64,000 nucleotides of DNA from Daphnia carinata (lineage: Eukaryota), in contig NC_081334.1 of the NCBI RefSeq assembly GCF_022539665.2, forward strand, positions 2,108,001 to 2,172,000, given 5' to 3'. The position numbers and the translations under genes are program-made. The notes below the pieces were generated by a model. The model saw nothing but the letters and a program-made list of their open reading frames with translations, did not search any database and was not told where the DNA came from. The first letter of the stretch is position 1, and every line of letters begins with the position of its first letter. Positions 1 to 14,084 of this stretch are shown in pieces.

Positions 1-1989
1 ATGTAGACATTCAAGAAAACCTTACCTTTTCTGACATGCACCTTTCTAGCCAAGTGTTAAAAGGTTAGCTCACATATGTTTTTAGGTTAGCTGTTACTTG
101 CTTTTTTAAAATTTCGGTTGTAATATTATGGAATGCTAGGTCTTACCAAAGCTGGATATGTAAAACCGTCTCCTATACAGCTGGATGCAATTCCAATCGG
201 AAAATGTGGAATAGGTCTAAACTTAATCAAATTGTGAAATGTTGAAGATATTTACTTTTTTTTTTAAATTCTAGATATGGTAATACAATCTAAATCTGGA
301 ACTGGTAAAACCCTTGTATTTGGTATTATCATGTTGGAATCAATTGATCTTCAAATCAGCACAGTACAAGGTCTAATCCTTGCTCCAACTAGGGAGATTG
401 CTTTTCAAAATGCACATGTGATTTACACTATTGGTTCTGAATTTCCTGGTAATACACATCACAGCAGTAGTTATTTATTGAATTACATTAACCTTTTATT
501 TTGTAGGTCTCAATGTTCAGGTATTCATTGGAGGGCTCCCAGTAGAAACTGATCTGGCAAAATGTAAGTCATGCCACGTCGCTGTGGGAACTCCAGGTCG
601 TGTGAAGCAATTGATAGAAAAAGGAGCATTGAAACCAAAGAGCATGAGACTTTTCATTTTGGATGAAGCAGATAAATTAATGGAAGACAGCTTTGCTGAC
701 GATGTGACGTAATAAGCATGAATAACTTCGTTTTATAAATTTGATAAAACAAATTTGTTGCCATCAGGTGGATATTTTCTCAGATGCCGTTAACTAAACA
801 AGTATTGGCAGTGAGTGCCACTTACCCCGAAGTGTTAGCAAACTTGGTATCGCGTTACATGAAAAAACCGTCATTTGTTCGTCTGGGCCATCAACAGCCT
901 ACCTTGCTGGGAGTCAAACAATTCGTCTTTCGTGTGGCTTACCACCCAATGACGCAACAGCAAGCGAAAAACAAGTTTGAAATTTTATTGAAAATGCTCA
1001 AGGTCGTAGCTTTCGGCCAGTGTATGATATTTACCAATTTACAAACAAGGTGCCAAGAACAAGTAGTATGCAGGATGACATGCCAACTAATTTTATATTT
1101 TTTTGTTCGTTTTTTACATTTCAATCAAAGAGCCGAAAGCCTGGCAGCCCAGTTATCAAGTAGTGGTCATGCAGCTTTATCGATTTCGGGAAGTCAAACT
1201 CAGACAAAGCGATTGCAGACGCTGCTTAAGCTACGCCAATACCAATGCAAAATTCTAGTTGCCACAGATTTGGTATCTTGATTTTGTATTTGCATTTAAA
1301 TAACATAACTTGATTTATTTCACAAATCGTAGGCGGCACGTGGAATCGACGCTGAGCACATCGATTTAGTCATCCACATGGATGTGCCTCGGGACGCAGC
1401 CACATATTTGCATCGAGTGGGTCGGGCTGGGAGATTTGGAGCGGCTGCCTTGACGTGCACAATCGCATGCGAGGGCAATGAATTGACTGAATTGCGATCC
1501 ATCATCACTAAAACAAGAGCCTCCGTCCGAATCTTGGCTTGTGACCATTTGGCACCTAAAGATCACGACTCGAGCCAACCAGAGACCCTGCTGACGATTC
1601 AGACCCTCAATTTTCTTTGGCTTACTTTACCCGAGCTGGAGGGCACTGGTCTTGAGGGAGAAGGAATGGCTGACAGTCTTCTCGGTGATATCGAACACGA
1701 TTTTGTGCCCGGCCTGCAAGACAGTACCCGAGCACTATTACCGCAAGGGAAGAAGCGCAAAAATAAACCACGAGCAAAAACTGTTTTTGAAACAAAGGAC
1801 TCTGAAGAAGTGCAGATGGAAAATGCCGTTGCGCAGCTAAGCATTAGCGCTAAAGAAGAACAACCCATACGGGTGACACAGCAGGCGTGGCAAGAGTGGT
1901 ACCAATATTGGATGGCTTACATGCGACGCAATAAGGCATTGATTGAACAGCAAGAGTACATGGCGTTGATGTGCAGTGGCATTAAGTAA
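1..1989 (+). CDS. DDX20: DEAD-box RNA helicase DDX20/Gemin3-like (5' end lies outside the window; multi-exon)
   Basis: Spliced exons give Q motif (GYVKPSPIQ), motif [19 protein letters not shown] (about 662), SAT, ARGID and [10 protein letters not shown]. The QSKSGTGKT and VSATYP signatures are typical of DDX20. Stop TAA ends at 1989. Confidence 0.85.
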
Positions 1990-4458
1990 ATTTTCACATG
2001 CCAAGTCTTTACGAAGATCTAGCGTCGAGACAGCCACGAGATATTGGTAATAAAATGCAATGCGCGGGTGTCGTCAAGTTCATTCAAATGACGATGAGGT
2101 CACCTACACCACCTCTGCGTGCAGTGTCGCAATAATAGCCTTTCTTATCTTGTTATTTTATTTTTTATTTTGTTTGGTTTTTTTTTTTAAGATCCTCGTT
2201 ACGCATTTTATCATTCGTCGACTCGCCTGGAATTCCAAATCTCTCCTCCCGTTCTTGCTTTACTGGCCGTGTGGCCTCAAGCCCTTTCTTATTATGTATC
2301 CTTTCAGTTAAATTTGGCTGTAAGCCTGTAACCACGAAGCCGCAGTGGTTTTCCGTCAGCGAAATTCCACGCCTAAGAAACTGGAAAGGCGATATGAACG
2401 ATGGTCAGCATCCGGATTCGTCATATGCGTGCTTTACCAAACGCATTCTCTTGCGAATTATGCGGTCGCTGACGCTTAGTTTCGGTAGACGTCATACGCC
2501 CGATCAAGAAGAAACATCGCTAGCTGTGTGGGCGTGGACTGTAGGTGGCGGCGGCGATGGCAGGAAGGACCGTCTTGCCATTTTCCACCCGCTGGCATTT
2601 ATTAAAGCTGCACAACTGGTGGACCGCCTTAGCAGAACATACGGGAAATAAGGTAAGCCCACACACTATTTTTCATTCCAGTTAAGGACTCCTAAGTTGC
2701 GCTTTATCGTTTTCTTCTATTTGTATCCGAAGAAAATGGTACCTTATTTCTGTCAAGTGATTCATTATGTTGCCTTTCTGATTTGCGTGATCGAAGCGGT
2801 TTGTGGGCGTCCAAACAACTGGTTTATGCTACTTCACGTACACACTTTTTTTTTGAAGGATGATGCCCAAAATCTCTTTGAAACTAGCAAATCTGAATTC
2901 GGTAGACAACGGCGCCAGTGCTGTTCACGATCAGCATATTTCCTTTAGAAGGTTGCAACTCGTGACAATGGGTTTAGTGAATTATTTCTAGCTGTGGCTT
3001 CTGAATCCGATCCAGCCGATTGTATGTTGATGTTATGGGATCCAGTGTCAAGTTGTAACTGATCCAAATACGTTTTTCAAGAGTTCGGATATGAAATTGG
3101 TGTATCGTGTTACCGCACTTATATGCCCCTATAGCATTTTTATTGTTTTTGTTTTTGCGGATACTTAAAAAGAAACGCCGTCAAGCCGTAGTCAGATTGC
3201 GTCATTTGGGCACGGCGGTAGAGAATTTCATCATAGAAGGAATCGAAATTTGGCATCGACGTTTTGATGCATCTCTTATTTTTTTTCGCTTAGTAGACGT
3301 GATTGTAATACTGCTGTAAAAGCATGGGCGTCAAATCACGAGGCGACTGCTATTCTCCAACGATCTGATTATCTCGACTCACGACGGCGATTCGAAAGTG
3401 TATTCCCTACCTGTGACTGTTTTCCGTTCTCTTCGCTCACACGGCAACCTTGAATCCTGACCAAACAAAAAAAAAACTTCAAAATAATGCCAAAAGGAGA
3501 AGCGTGTAAATGTCATTGTTCTCTCTCGCTATTTTCTTTCCCCTATTTTGATCTTTTTTAATCTTCATGGGTCCATTTTCACAGAGGATATCGTAGTTTG
3601 CACGCGAGGGCACACTTTCACGCAGGGGAGTTGGCATCATCATAGACATTCACACTCACACACAGACAAAAGTGAGCACCCATTTCCGTTTTTTTTACGC
3701 AATTATCGTTTTGATGGAGTGCCCGTGTAAAACGTTGGGATTATGATGGCGAGGGAGATCTGCGATGAATTTATATTGCGGTGATATCAGCGCGCGCTAA
3801 GGTTTTTGTTTTAGTGTGGCAGCTAGTTGATAAGCGTGCCAGACGGAGCCCACTGCTTGGATTGGCGACCACCCGCGATCTATTCTCATATTTTAAGTCT
3901 TTCCACGTCGTATTCACTAAAAAGATTGCTATTTTGTAGCGATATGCATTGTCGAAAAGGCCATGACCAGTCAACCTTGATGGCACATGAGCCTATTCAG
4001 CCATTCAGCTCAATAGAGGACCCAACGATGGCCGTTGAATAACGGGTTGATGACATCGCAATTTATTTTAATTGTCTGTTTCGCGCAGCGCACTCCTCGA
4101 GTACAAAAACAAGGAGGAAACCTTTTTTTTTTCTGAGTGCGTCCATATCCGGGTCCCTCTCCCATATCGTGAATATATATTACGCGCGAAGGAAAAAGAG
4201 AGAGCTTCATTAATTCAATACCTCCTGAGTGACCACGAGCAACAGTGAGCATAAACTCTTACGCCTTTTGCGATAGGCGAAAAGGGGTTGGCCTTCTGCT
4301 ATCGGACGCTGCGTGGTGCAGCTATTTAAGCAGCTCTCGCATGTCTTCTAGCTGGCAATTTGGTTTTCAACGTGCTCTTCGGCAAAACTGTTTTTGTTGT
4401 TAAGTTTTTGTTCATCACACATAGTTCATTTTCTCACGTCTCAGGTGCATTTCAAAGG

Positions 4459-6566
4459 ATGGAGCTGGTGTGGAAATGCTCCTTGTTCTTGATGTTGTTC
4501 ACGAGCGGACTGCTGGCCCAATTTGAAGACATACCAGGTGATTACTGCGGCGGACCTACTCAACGATGCTGCGACGGCCGTATCGACTCGTGCGCCATTC
4601 CGATCCTCGGAACGCTTTGCTATTGCGATCAATTCTGCAACCGTACGGATTCCAGTGATTGCTGCCCGGATTATTGGAGTGTCTGTCTTGGCATCCGACC
4701 TCCAGAGCCGCTCAAGCTCCAACTCGGTACGTGTCTATGCAATACTTACATATAACGTTGAATTAACTTTCATATATATTTTTCTTTTAGGATGCTATCA
4801 CGAAGGTCAGAGATACCCTTATGGCCACACGGTGCGAATCAATTGCAACAAGTGGTGAGTGCCTGATATTTATTATACATAGTGTTTTTCAACGGAACAC
4901 GCTGCAACGGCATTTGAATTTGAAATGCGCGGCAGGCGATGAAGATGATATCATTAACACGCCTCCCTGTCGTTCCGTCCAAGATGGATCTTGTTTTTAC
5001 TGCATTATTGATGAACAATTTCGTTTTTTTTTTTTCTTCTTTTCTTTTAATGATGCTGTTATTTTTTCTTGAATTGAATGTGAACAGTGAGTGCCTTCGG
5101 TCGCTATCAGATTCCAGCAAAACTGAGTTCCTTTGCGAGGCGGACGCGTGCCTTGTAGAGCCAGAAGCAATCCAAGCGATCAACGGGAATTCGGCAGAGT
5201 ACGGCTGGTCAGCCGGCAATCATTCCGATTTTTGGGGGCGTAAGCTGGAAGATGGGCTTGTGTACCGTCTCGGAACACTTGAACCTGAAAAATTTGTAAA
5301 GAAAAAAAAACAATTGATTTTTGTTTTTAGTTATCTTACTCACGCATATGTGTCATTACATTTGATGGATGTTCTCTCAGGTACTGAACATGCATCCCAT
5401 CAAGCAAAAGTATGACCGGAAAGCTCTTCCTGTGAGTTTTGACGGGCGGATCGAGTGGCGCGACACACTGCAACAAGTTCGCGACCAAGGATGGTATGAC
5501 TCAGTCTGATCAATCATTCCTAAGCGTTTAAACGCATGTCATATGTGCCGCCCACTTACAGGTGTGGAGCGTCTTGGGCTTTTTCGACGTCCGCCGTGGC
5601 AGCGGATCGCCTCGCCATACAATCTCGTGGCAACGAAGTCTATCCGCTTTCCATGCAAAACCTTTTGGCGTGCAATAACCGAGGCCAGCAGGGATGCAAC
5701 GGCGGACACCTTGACCGCGCCTGGAATTACATGAGGCGCTTTGGGTATAACATGATAATGACGTTGTCTCATTTGCGAATTGTGTTAAAGTATACGACAA
5801 TGTCAGGGTTGTGAACGAAGAGTGTTACCCTTACATCAGCGGTCGCACCGGCCAGGTGGAGAAATGCAAAGTCCCACGTCGAGGAAATCTAGCGACGATG
5901 AAGTGTCGACTCATTAATGCAGCTGCTAGATCATCGCAAGATACTGATAAGCCACAACGCAAAGGATTATTTCGAACACCCCCGGCTTACCGTATTGCTC
6001 CATTCGAAGACGACATCATGGTATGAAGTATTTTTAGTTTTTAAGATAGCTTATCGTTTGTCTACCAAAGCTAAATTAAAAAAAAAAAAATGTCTACACT
6101 TATTTTGTTATGACTCTATCAACAAAAGAACGAGATACTTCAACACGGACCCGTTCAAGGTAATAATTTCGTAATCCATTTGCGTAGAGTTCTGCTCAAG
6201 GCAATCTAATTTGTTATCACAGCTACCATGAGAGTCCATCCTGATTTCTTCCTCTATCGTACTGGTGTATACCGCTATTCCGGCACCAACAGTCAGCAGC
6301 GAACCGGTTATCATTCGGTGCGCATCGTGGGCTGGGGAGTAGATTCATCTAAACGAATTCCTGTTAAATACTGGGTGAGTACAACTCAATTTGCATATTG
6401 TGTGGTTGAATTTAATTTGGCATTCGTTTTTCAGTTGGTGGCTAACTCGTGGGGACGTCAGTGGGGCGAAAATGGTTACTTCCGCATCGTCCGCGGAGAA
6501 AACGAAAGTGACATCGAAAAGTTCGTCTTGGCTGCTTGGGCTGATCAAGAGGATGAAGATAAATAA
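4459..6566 (+). CDS. TINAGL1: Tubulointerstitial nephritis antigen-like secreted protein (Swim/TINAGL1): somatomedin-B domain plus inactive papain-like C1 domain
   Basis: Signal peptide MELVWKCSLFLMLFTSGLLA, SMB-like CYCDQFC...DCCPDY, then DQGW|CGASWAFS, GCNGG, GYHSVRIVGWG and VANSWG. GT-AG introns join the exons in frame. Confidence 0.9.
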
Positions 6567-6853
6567 TTCAACACGCAAGATAATATTTTGTTTGTTTTTT
6601 TGTTTAACGATGATTTCTTGTTAATTTTTCTATGCATCTCTGGTGCTGTGTTCATTTCTTGGTAATCCCTTTTTTTATTTTTGTTCATGAATTCGATTTT
6701 GGGTTTTAGTACCACATTCACAATTGCCTTGCCGCTTAAAAATAACTAATTGTTCGAACAACAAACTCAATCAGTAATTCAATTCTTTATTATTTTAGGA
6801 TCGAAAAAAAAACAGTGTGGAAAAAGGAGAAGATAAAGGAAAGAATTTTAATT

Positions 6854-9838
6854 TTAGGGGCTTTCTCCGTGGTCGAGTAATTTAACATACGCTTGTCGCA
6901 AATGCTTGGTCAGTTGAGCAAGCTGTTCAGCCGAGCAAACTTTGTAAAGCGATTGTTGTTCGCTGGCTACGACATTAGCGAGTTCAAGGCATTGGCTATG
7001 GCGCTGCGTACTGGTCAAGATGTTGCAGAGCAGTAGAGCCGCATGTGGGATGCAACTTTGTCTTAGCAATTGCTGTTGTTGTTGACGAGGAGTGTCCTCA
7101 TCTTCGAATTGAACGCTATCTGCCATCCAGCCACCATCGGGAAAGAGAAGGACGTTGTAGAGCTTGTCAATGGCCGTCTCCGTCAGCGAATCAACCGCAG
7201 CTTGCCACCGAAGCATTTCTACTTGATGTTGCTTTAGATGTTGTTCTTTCAGTAAATTTTCAGTGAACGACAGTTGGGCACTCGCTCCTCCTCGCTGTTG
7301 CTGGACTGAAGCTTCGGTTTTCTTGGGTTTGGAGTGGTGAAAGCGCGTGAACCATTCTTGGAAGGCGTCTAAAGCGTCAATGTACGCCTGAATAGAAAGA
7401 TATTCGCGGGTTGCAGCTGCAACTTCTGTTGGCAAGTCCGTCAATCCTGTCCGTGATTCCCATAGTTCACTTAATATTTTAAGTGTGTCGGGAGGAATTA
7501 ATTTAAAAGTCAGTTTCACAGCCTCAATTTGACGACGGAGAAGGTATCCTCGCATGAGCGTGTTGGCTTGAATAAGCAGCTGATCCCGCATAGACGGATC
7601 CATTAATAGCCAGCTTAGTGAACGAATGCGGCGTTCATCTTCTGCACTAGTCCCTACCTATGAGAATTAAGTGAAAATGTACTACTTCTGCTGAAATATT
7701 ATAGTGAAATCTCAACTGCTAGTACCTGGAGGGACGCGTCACCGGCGTGCTGAATAATGTCGCCTTGATTGCAGAGAGTGATGACAACTTGTTTTGCAAT
7801 AGCATTAACGTCAAGTCCCACTTGATGGGCCAAATAGAGGAGGCGCTGGCGCTCTGTGTCGTCACACGACTCTTGTTGCTCTTCAACCATTACGAGGCAC
7901 TGGGCGTATAAGCGGATTTGATCTTCTGGCAAAGGCAGTTGCCCAACATAAACAGCCGCCAAGTCAGTTCGGCCAAGATTGACAAGTTGCAAAACGTAAG
8001 CTTCCAAAATGGATCCAATCAAATCGTCGCAGGAACCACGACCGATGCGGCGGAAGAATAAAGCAAGATGGGCCATCAATCGGAGCATATGTGGACGTAA
8101 ATGGACGCTCCAGCTGTCACCTTTATTCATCCACGATGACATTTCTTCTAATAGTCCATCCACATCATCCATGATAAGATATCGCTGAATGATCCTATAA
8201 TTTGAATTTATTGGTTAAAGATTATGTGGAACGTTAAATTACTATACCTGTATTGGTCACGGCCTTGCGCGACCAAGGTTTTATCTCTAGAAGCGGCTAA
8301 AGTGGAGAAAATGGATTCGACTGTCAACTGTTGATTCCAATATTCGTCGGGTAAAACCTGAAGCTGTCGCTTATAGTTGACACAACGACGTAATTCTTTT
8401 TCAACACAGTGGTCGATCATGGCCCGTAAATGAGCCCACAATTGATCCTCCCAGCTAGGACAGGCTGGTAAAAGTGCTTTTAAATGTCCACAAAGAAGAG
8501 CCAAGATTGAACGTTCCTCTACCGATAATTGCACATTTTCGCACTCTTTCCAGCTCATCGTCTTCCAAATATCACGATACGGATTTCCCGATGGTGATTC
8601 TGGATTGAGAAAAATCTATGTTTAAAAATATGTTGTTGATCATGCGGAGAGTACAAACCTTTTGTGTTTGCCACATCAGTACGCGATTTCATATTGGGGT
8701 CGTGAAACAGTTTCCATCCTTCCAAAATAGCAGCTCGAAATGGTTGGCCTGCCCGGAAGCATAATTGCTGGGCTTCATCTAGCTGGCCACAACGAAGCCG
8801 AGCAAATACGGAACGGAGCAAACGCATTTCATCCTCTTTATCAAGTGGATGAAGACGCCTGCTTTGCTCGCGGTTGGGAGCATCTGGATCCATTTGAGTT
8901 ACCAGGTTTTGTTCAACGTTATCCGTGCTGAGTCCACGCTTTTTACTTATCAATGAATGAAGCGTATTCTCCCAGCCAGTGACTGCATCTCCATAAAATT
9001 CCGCCTAGAGATAGCACTTTATAATTGCAGTGCAAATCGTCAGTTATAAGAGTTAGTTTACCTGGCTGTAGTGTGAATCGTGGTAGACATCGGCTGCTCG
9101 TTGCTCAAGCCAATCGACAACAAGCTGAGCCTGTCTAATGGTTGCATTTTTGTCATAAAGTTGTTTGACCAAATCTTCTTCACTGGTGGCGTCATCTAAC
9201 CCACTCCATATTTCTTCAGATTCCATTTCACTGTCTTGAAATTCGGAATTAAGGCGATCTTGATAAACGGAAGCAACCAATCTCCAGGTGTCGCGTTCCA
9301 GTCGAAGTTCTTGTTCAAGTTCTTGTGCTTGAGACAGTTTGCTGTGGCCTTGAGGAGCCATTTGGATGAGTTTTCGCAAAGCAGCAACTTGCTCTCCACA
9401 TTCTGACTCATACTCAGCACACTGATTAAACACTTGATGTTCTGCTCCATAAGACTGAAATGTTTTGAGGAAGCTCTCAAACAATTCTAAGACGTGTTCT
9501 ACTCCTGGAACTTCTTCTTCCAAAAGGATGCTCATAAGCTCTTCATTGTGTTTTTTTCGTGAAAAGTTGTTCACTGTCAAATCGACTCGGGTTTCATCAA
9601 GTGTTTTTCTTTGCACAGCTAATCCAATTCTTGTAAATGTAGGATCGCTTTCGAAAATGGTGTGGCTCAGATCGTCAGACATAAGAGACATTGTATGTCG
9701 GTTAGGAGAGGCAAGGGAAACGGCCCCCATCATGTTGGATGACTTCTCCAGTGATAGTTTCATTCTTCGGCTAGGAAGAGTTAGTCTATCTGTTACCGAT
9801 AGATCAGAGCCCGATATTATGGGGGACTGGAACTCCAT
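6854..9838 (-). CDS. NUP107: Nuclear pore complex protein Nup107
   Basis: Motifs LERDTWRL, QAQLVVDWLE, MDPDAPNR, GQPFRAAILEGWKLFHDPN, SWEDQLWA and YNVLLFPDGGWM across five to six exons. Start MEFQSP at 9838 is inferred. Confidence 0.92.
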
Positions 9839-10245
9839 GACGTTTGGTTTAAAAAGATACAATAAAATCACTGTTTTTTTGGCTGTAGTTTTGAAAGGTT
9901 TGAAGTTTTCCGTTCAATTCTTGGCGAAGCAGACTATACAGAAAACAGTGTTGCCTCTTGTATATTCTGCAGAGTACAGACTTAGATAAAGACTATTGAA
10001 ACAGAAATTTGAATTTTCAAGAATCAATTCAAAACTTGTATTTGCATAAAAAATTTCTTTTTTTAACATTGCGATTTTTTTATTAATAAATCTAATGAAT
10101 AGTTTCACAGAACCCATAACCCGTTCACTACAGGCGAAAGGCGATACAGGTTCAACTATTTCATTTTCCAGTTTTTTTGCGGCCTGTGGCAGACGAAACG
10201 AAGTTTGTTTTTTACTTCTTGACACGTGCAAAACCCTTGAAAAAT

Positions 10246-11411
10246 ATGGCGAATTTAAATCAAAAACGGCCAATGGAAGAGGACAGTAGTAGCGATTCCT
10301 CTGACGAGGAGGAGGATGATTCTCAAGATGAAGAAATGGGAGAGGAAGAGCAGCTCGGAGAAAATGATAGGGAGATTCAGGTAGAGTTTGCAGGTCAATC
10401 TCCTATTGCTGAAGATTTTCATGGTATTAAGAGCCTACTGCATCAGCTTTTCCTGAAAGCTCATATAAATTTGAGTGGTCTAACGGAACTAATTATTCAG
10501 CAAAATTATATCGGAAGTATATTGCAGGTAACAAGTTCACTACAACTATAGGTAAATATCATATAATGTTTCCATTTTAATCAGCAATGTGCAGATAATG
10601 ACGATTCAGATAGTGAGGAAGATGCAAATTCAGAGGATGAAGTATTTGGTGTAACCTCTGTCATCAATTTGTCACATCACAAGGTAAGTCTACTACTTGT
10701 CCTTTTCTCAGGTTTTTGTTCAAAATGTTTTTTTCTTCTTCATATTTTCTTTTCTTTTATGCAAGGATGTGGAATGTGTAAAGGAAGTGAAGCAATACCT
10801 ATTGGAAAAAACACAAAAAAAGTTAGCAGCATTATTCAATAACTCATCTAACCAGATTGGACTTCTCTTCAATGAAAGATTTATAAATATACCATCTCAA
10901 GTATCGGTGCCACTATTGGAAAATCTATGGTATCCATAATTTCTTTGGTAGATTGAGGAGGAAGCCATAAGAGATCCTTATGTATAAGAAGTTTTCCTTT
11001 ATAATAGTAAGGAGATTGGGGAGGCAAAAGAAGCTGGAAAACCTTTTGCTTTTACCCACTTCATTCTAATATCTAAGTTGCATGAATCTACAAGAAAGGA
11101 TTCTGAATCAAAGAAAAAGAAAGCCAAAGGATCAGACATACTCTGGGTTAATGCAGAAGAGGAACCAATCTCAGAGGTATTTTGTTAGAAACCAGTCATG
11201 AATGAGTCATATTGGCTTAAGCTGAAGGAGACTTCATTTACAGATAGGGGAGGTATTAGGAGAATATTCAGTCCGAAGTGAGTCGGATGCAGCTGTCTCT
11301 GGTACATGGGATGAAGACGATGAACAGTTTGATCCCAAAAGAAGAATAATCTTAATTACTGCAGCTCAACTGCCAGATATGTTGACAAAAATTAAGGAAT
11401 TCCTACAATGA
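10246..11411 (+). CDS. BCCIP: BCCIP/BCP1 homolog
   Basis: Acidic N-terminus, DFHGIKSLLHQLFLKAHINL, GLLFNERFINIP and WVNAEEE. ATG at 10246, TGA at 11409-11411. Confidence 0.9.
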
Positions 11412-11509
11412 ATACAATTCAGGGTGATTCAGTTGCAACTAACTTGGAGCTACTTCTTCATTTTTTTTATTAGCACTTCCAACTATATCATCATATTGTA
11501 CACAACAAA

Positions 11510-11883
11510 TTATTTCGGATCATGTGGCAACTTAAATCCAACCATGTCAGCGGTGCTACGCACTGTGCGCTCTCCTAAATGGAAAGAAAAATACTTTAGT
11601 GTTAGAATCACTGGAATTTCTAATTGTACACCATATAACCTTGTCCGTGAAACTCGTGTCTCAGTTGGGCAGCTATTCTCGAGCTTTTTAAATAACAGAG
11701 GTATGTGTCCGCCATGTATTGACTCTCTTGCTGAGCTTTACACGTTTGCTCAGCTGTAACCTGGTTGCGACGAAAATTCTTGAGGATGAACTGATACGCT
11801 GGAGATTCCCATAACGACTTGTAGCTGTTGTTGGTAAGTCTTAACTCGCGAATCAATTCTCTTAGCAACGTTTTCGCCGCCAT
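11510..11883 (-). CDS. FMC1: FMC1 homolog (C7orf55; mitochondrial ATP synthase assembly factor), 2 exons
   Basis: MAAKTLLRELIRELR...ADTYLCYLKSSR...EFHGQG|ERTVRSTADMVGFKLPHDPK*, with an intron at about 11575-11639. Confidence 0.88.
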
Positions 11884-12427
11884 TTTTTGTTTTGTTTTGA
11901 TGACTGACTGCAGTACCGTACTTAACAAGCTGCGGATAGGAAACGTCTAAAAAACGGGACTCGCTTGTGGAATAGGGCCATCTTTCACAAATGTTAAATG
12001 AGAATAAAAAATCAAAAGATTTATTTATTTATCAGATTTAAGAATTATCGTACCAATTTCGGGTTATTCTGTGTGGTCGCTAAAGACGTAGTAAAGAGAG
12101 AATTTTAAAATTTTGCCTGTAAAACGAGGAGGAAATTTTAACATGGGTGTGGTAGCCTGGGCGGAATTGGGGGACAGGGCGAAAGTCGGAGGACAATTAA
12201 AGAAATAATTTACTAACCCTTCACTTACGGAATTTTTTGAAAATAAATTTAAACTTATGTTGCTCCTATATTTTATTTTCATACGCTCTTTTGTAGTCAT
12301 ATATCCCGGCTTCCATGTTGAATTTTTCAGTATAAAGGTGCGCATTCTCTGATCGTAATAAAATTAAAGATATGAGTAATGCGGAAAAAAGTATAACTTT
12401 TTTCAGTGTATTTTGTAACCCGTATTT

Positions 12428-13375
12428 TTAGCTAGTCCCAACAAATTCTGTTTCAGAGGCTGGGTAGTTGGGTTCAGGTGATTCCCAAAACGAAGATTGA
12501 ACGTTAATTGCTAAATGGCTGGGGAAATAATGAAGACTAAGATCGTTGAAAATGTCAAGGAAGTGGAAATTATTGGGCACTGGCACTTCTTCGACGATTT
12601 CTTGGGACTGTAGCAGATAGTGATAGCTTTTCAAGAAACGAAAGGGTGTATCAAGTCGAATTTTTTCAAAGCTGTTGGAATACAGAATGCAGTGCTCAAT
12701 GTGTTTTGGGTTCCAGTTGGTGTAAAGGAGGTTATTGCTAAGTTCCTTTGGACAATGAGGGAAGACAAACAAAGTGCAACCACCAGATAAAACTGGTTTT
12801 CTTTTTCCTTCACAATTGTTTGGTGATAATTTCAATTTTAACTCTTTGATGATATTTTCCTCGACTGAACCAAAGACAGGATCAAATACTTCTACAGGGC
12901 AGTGAAACTGTTCTCCCAATAGTAGTAGTAATCCCAGCTGGTGTTGGGCTACCTTACATGATGATATACGTCCAAGTCCAAAACAAACTATTTCTGCAAG
13001 AGATTTGTCAGGTTCCTTTGTAATACCAGCTAAAACTGTTATGAAGCTATTATAGAAGCTTGAAGACTCAACATCTCTTTTGGCTTTTAAAATGCTCCTA
13101 GTAGATAAAATTTCTAAATATTTATATTTAACATTAAGATGGAACAATTCAAAATTTACTTTAAACAAGCATCCAGTTCAACAGATTCAGCCACAAGTGT
13201 TGTGAGAGGGCAAGTGTTCAATAAACGTTTTGCTTTGGCAGATTTCTTCTTTGTTACCACAACAAATCCTTCAGAATCTGCAGGGAGGAAAAGACATAAA
13301 TGTTACATTTAGAAACCAAAATCTTGGCATTTGAAATGCTTACCTAATAGGCTTACCGATAGTGGAATTCCCCAT
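12428..13375 (-). CDS. SRRD: SRR1-like protein (SRRD)
   Basis: IVCFGLG, VFDPVF, NCEGKR, FVFPHCPKELSNNLLYTNW and IFNDLSLHYF match the SRR1 domain. The first-exon start is tentative. Confidence 0.85.
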
Positions 13376-14084
13376 TTCGCCAAATAGCTGATATTTCGAT
13401 AAACGTGCAGGCGAATGACTGCAGTGTCACGCCGAAGTTGGTTTTGCTATAGAAACATTTCTAACAATAAACAAATGGCAAAATAACAGCGTAAAGTAGA
13501 CAAAAAAGCAAAAAAAAAAAACAAAAAAAAAAACAAAGCACCAAGTAATTTCTGAACTTAAACTTAATTATTTAGCGAGAGCTTTTTAGGAGGATATGGC
13601 CCTTTACCTGGTCTACAAAGTTCACAAAAAAAATTATATCAAATCAGTTTGATCTTCCACAACTTATTTTACTAAATTGATCGGACTATCTCTTCTCTTT
13701 TAGGCTCTATATGTTTACAGTAGTGTACAAGAGATGGCGCTGGCTAATGGATTATCGTTCAAATTCCTCTTACTTTAAATCAATGATAATTGATAAAACT
13801 CTATTCCCCAGCAAGAAAAAAAAATATTACCATATAACGAAGTTATTTCCTAATCTGTCGAGTACGAAGGTTATTTTACTGCAATTGATTTATTCAAGAA
13901 TGCAGGAAAAGCCATCGTGCCACCCTCTAGATAGAGCAGTCGTCGTGTTGCTCGATGATGGTTTGACACATCATCCCAAAATTGGCACAACCTGGCGCTC
14001 GGATATTACAGTCTTTTCTTTTAATCCAGTATAAACCTGCGAGGCTGTTTTCTTATTAGCGAGAAGTAAACGTACGCTTTTTTC

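Noticed and set aside
9465..9989. 174-aa + strand ORF
   Set aside because: Antisense shadow of the Nup107 first exon.
10929..11007. U12-type intron in BCCIP (donor GTATCCAT)
   Set aside because: The donor deviates from GTATCCTT and there is no clean TCCTTAAC branch site, so support is insufficient.
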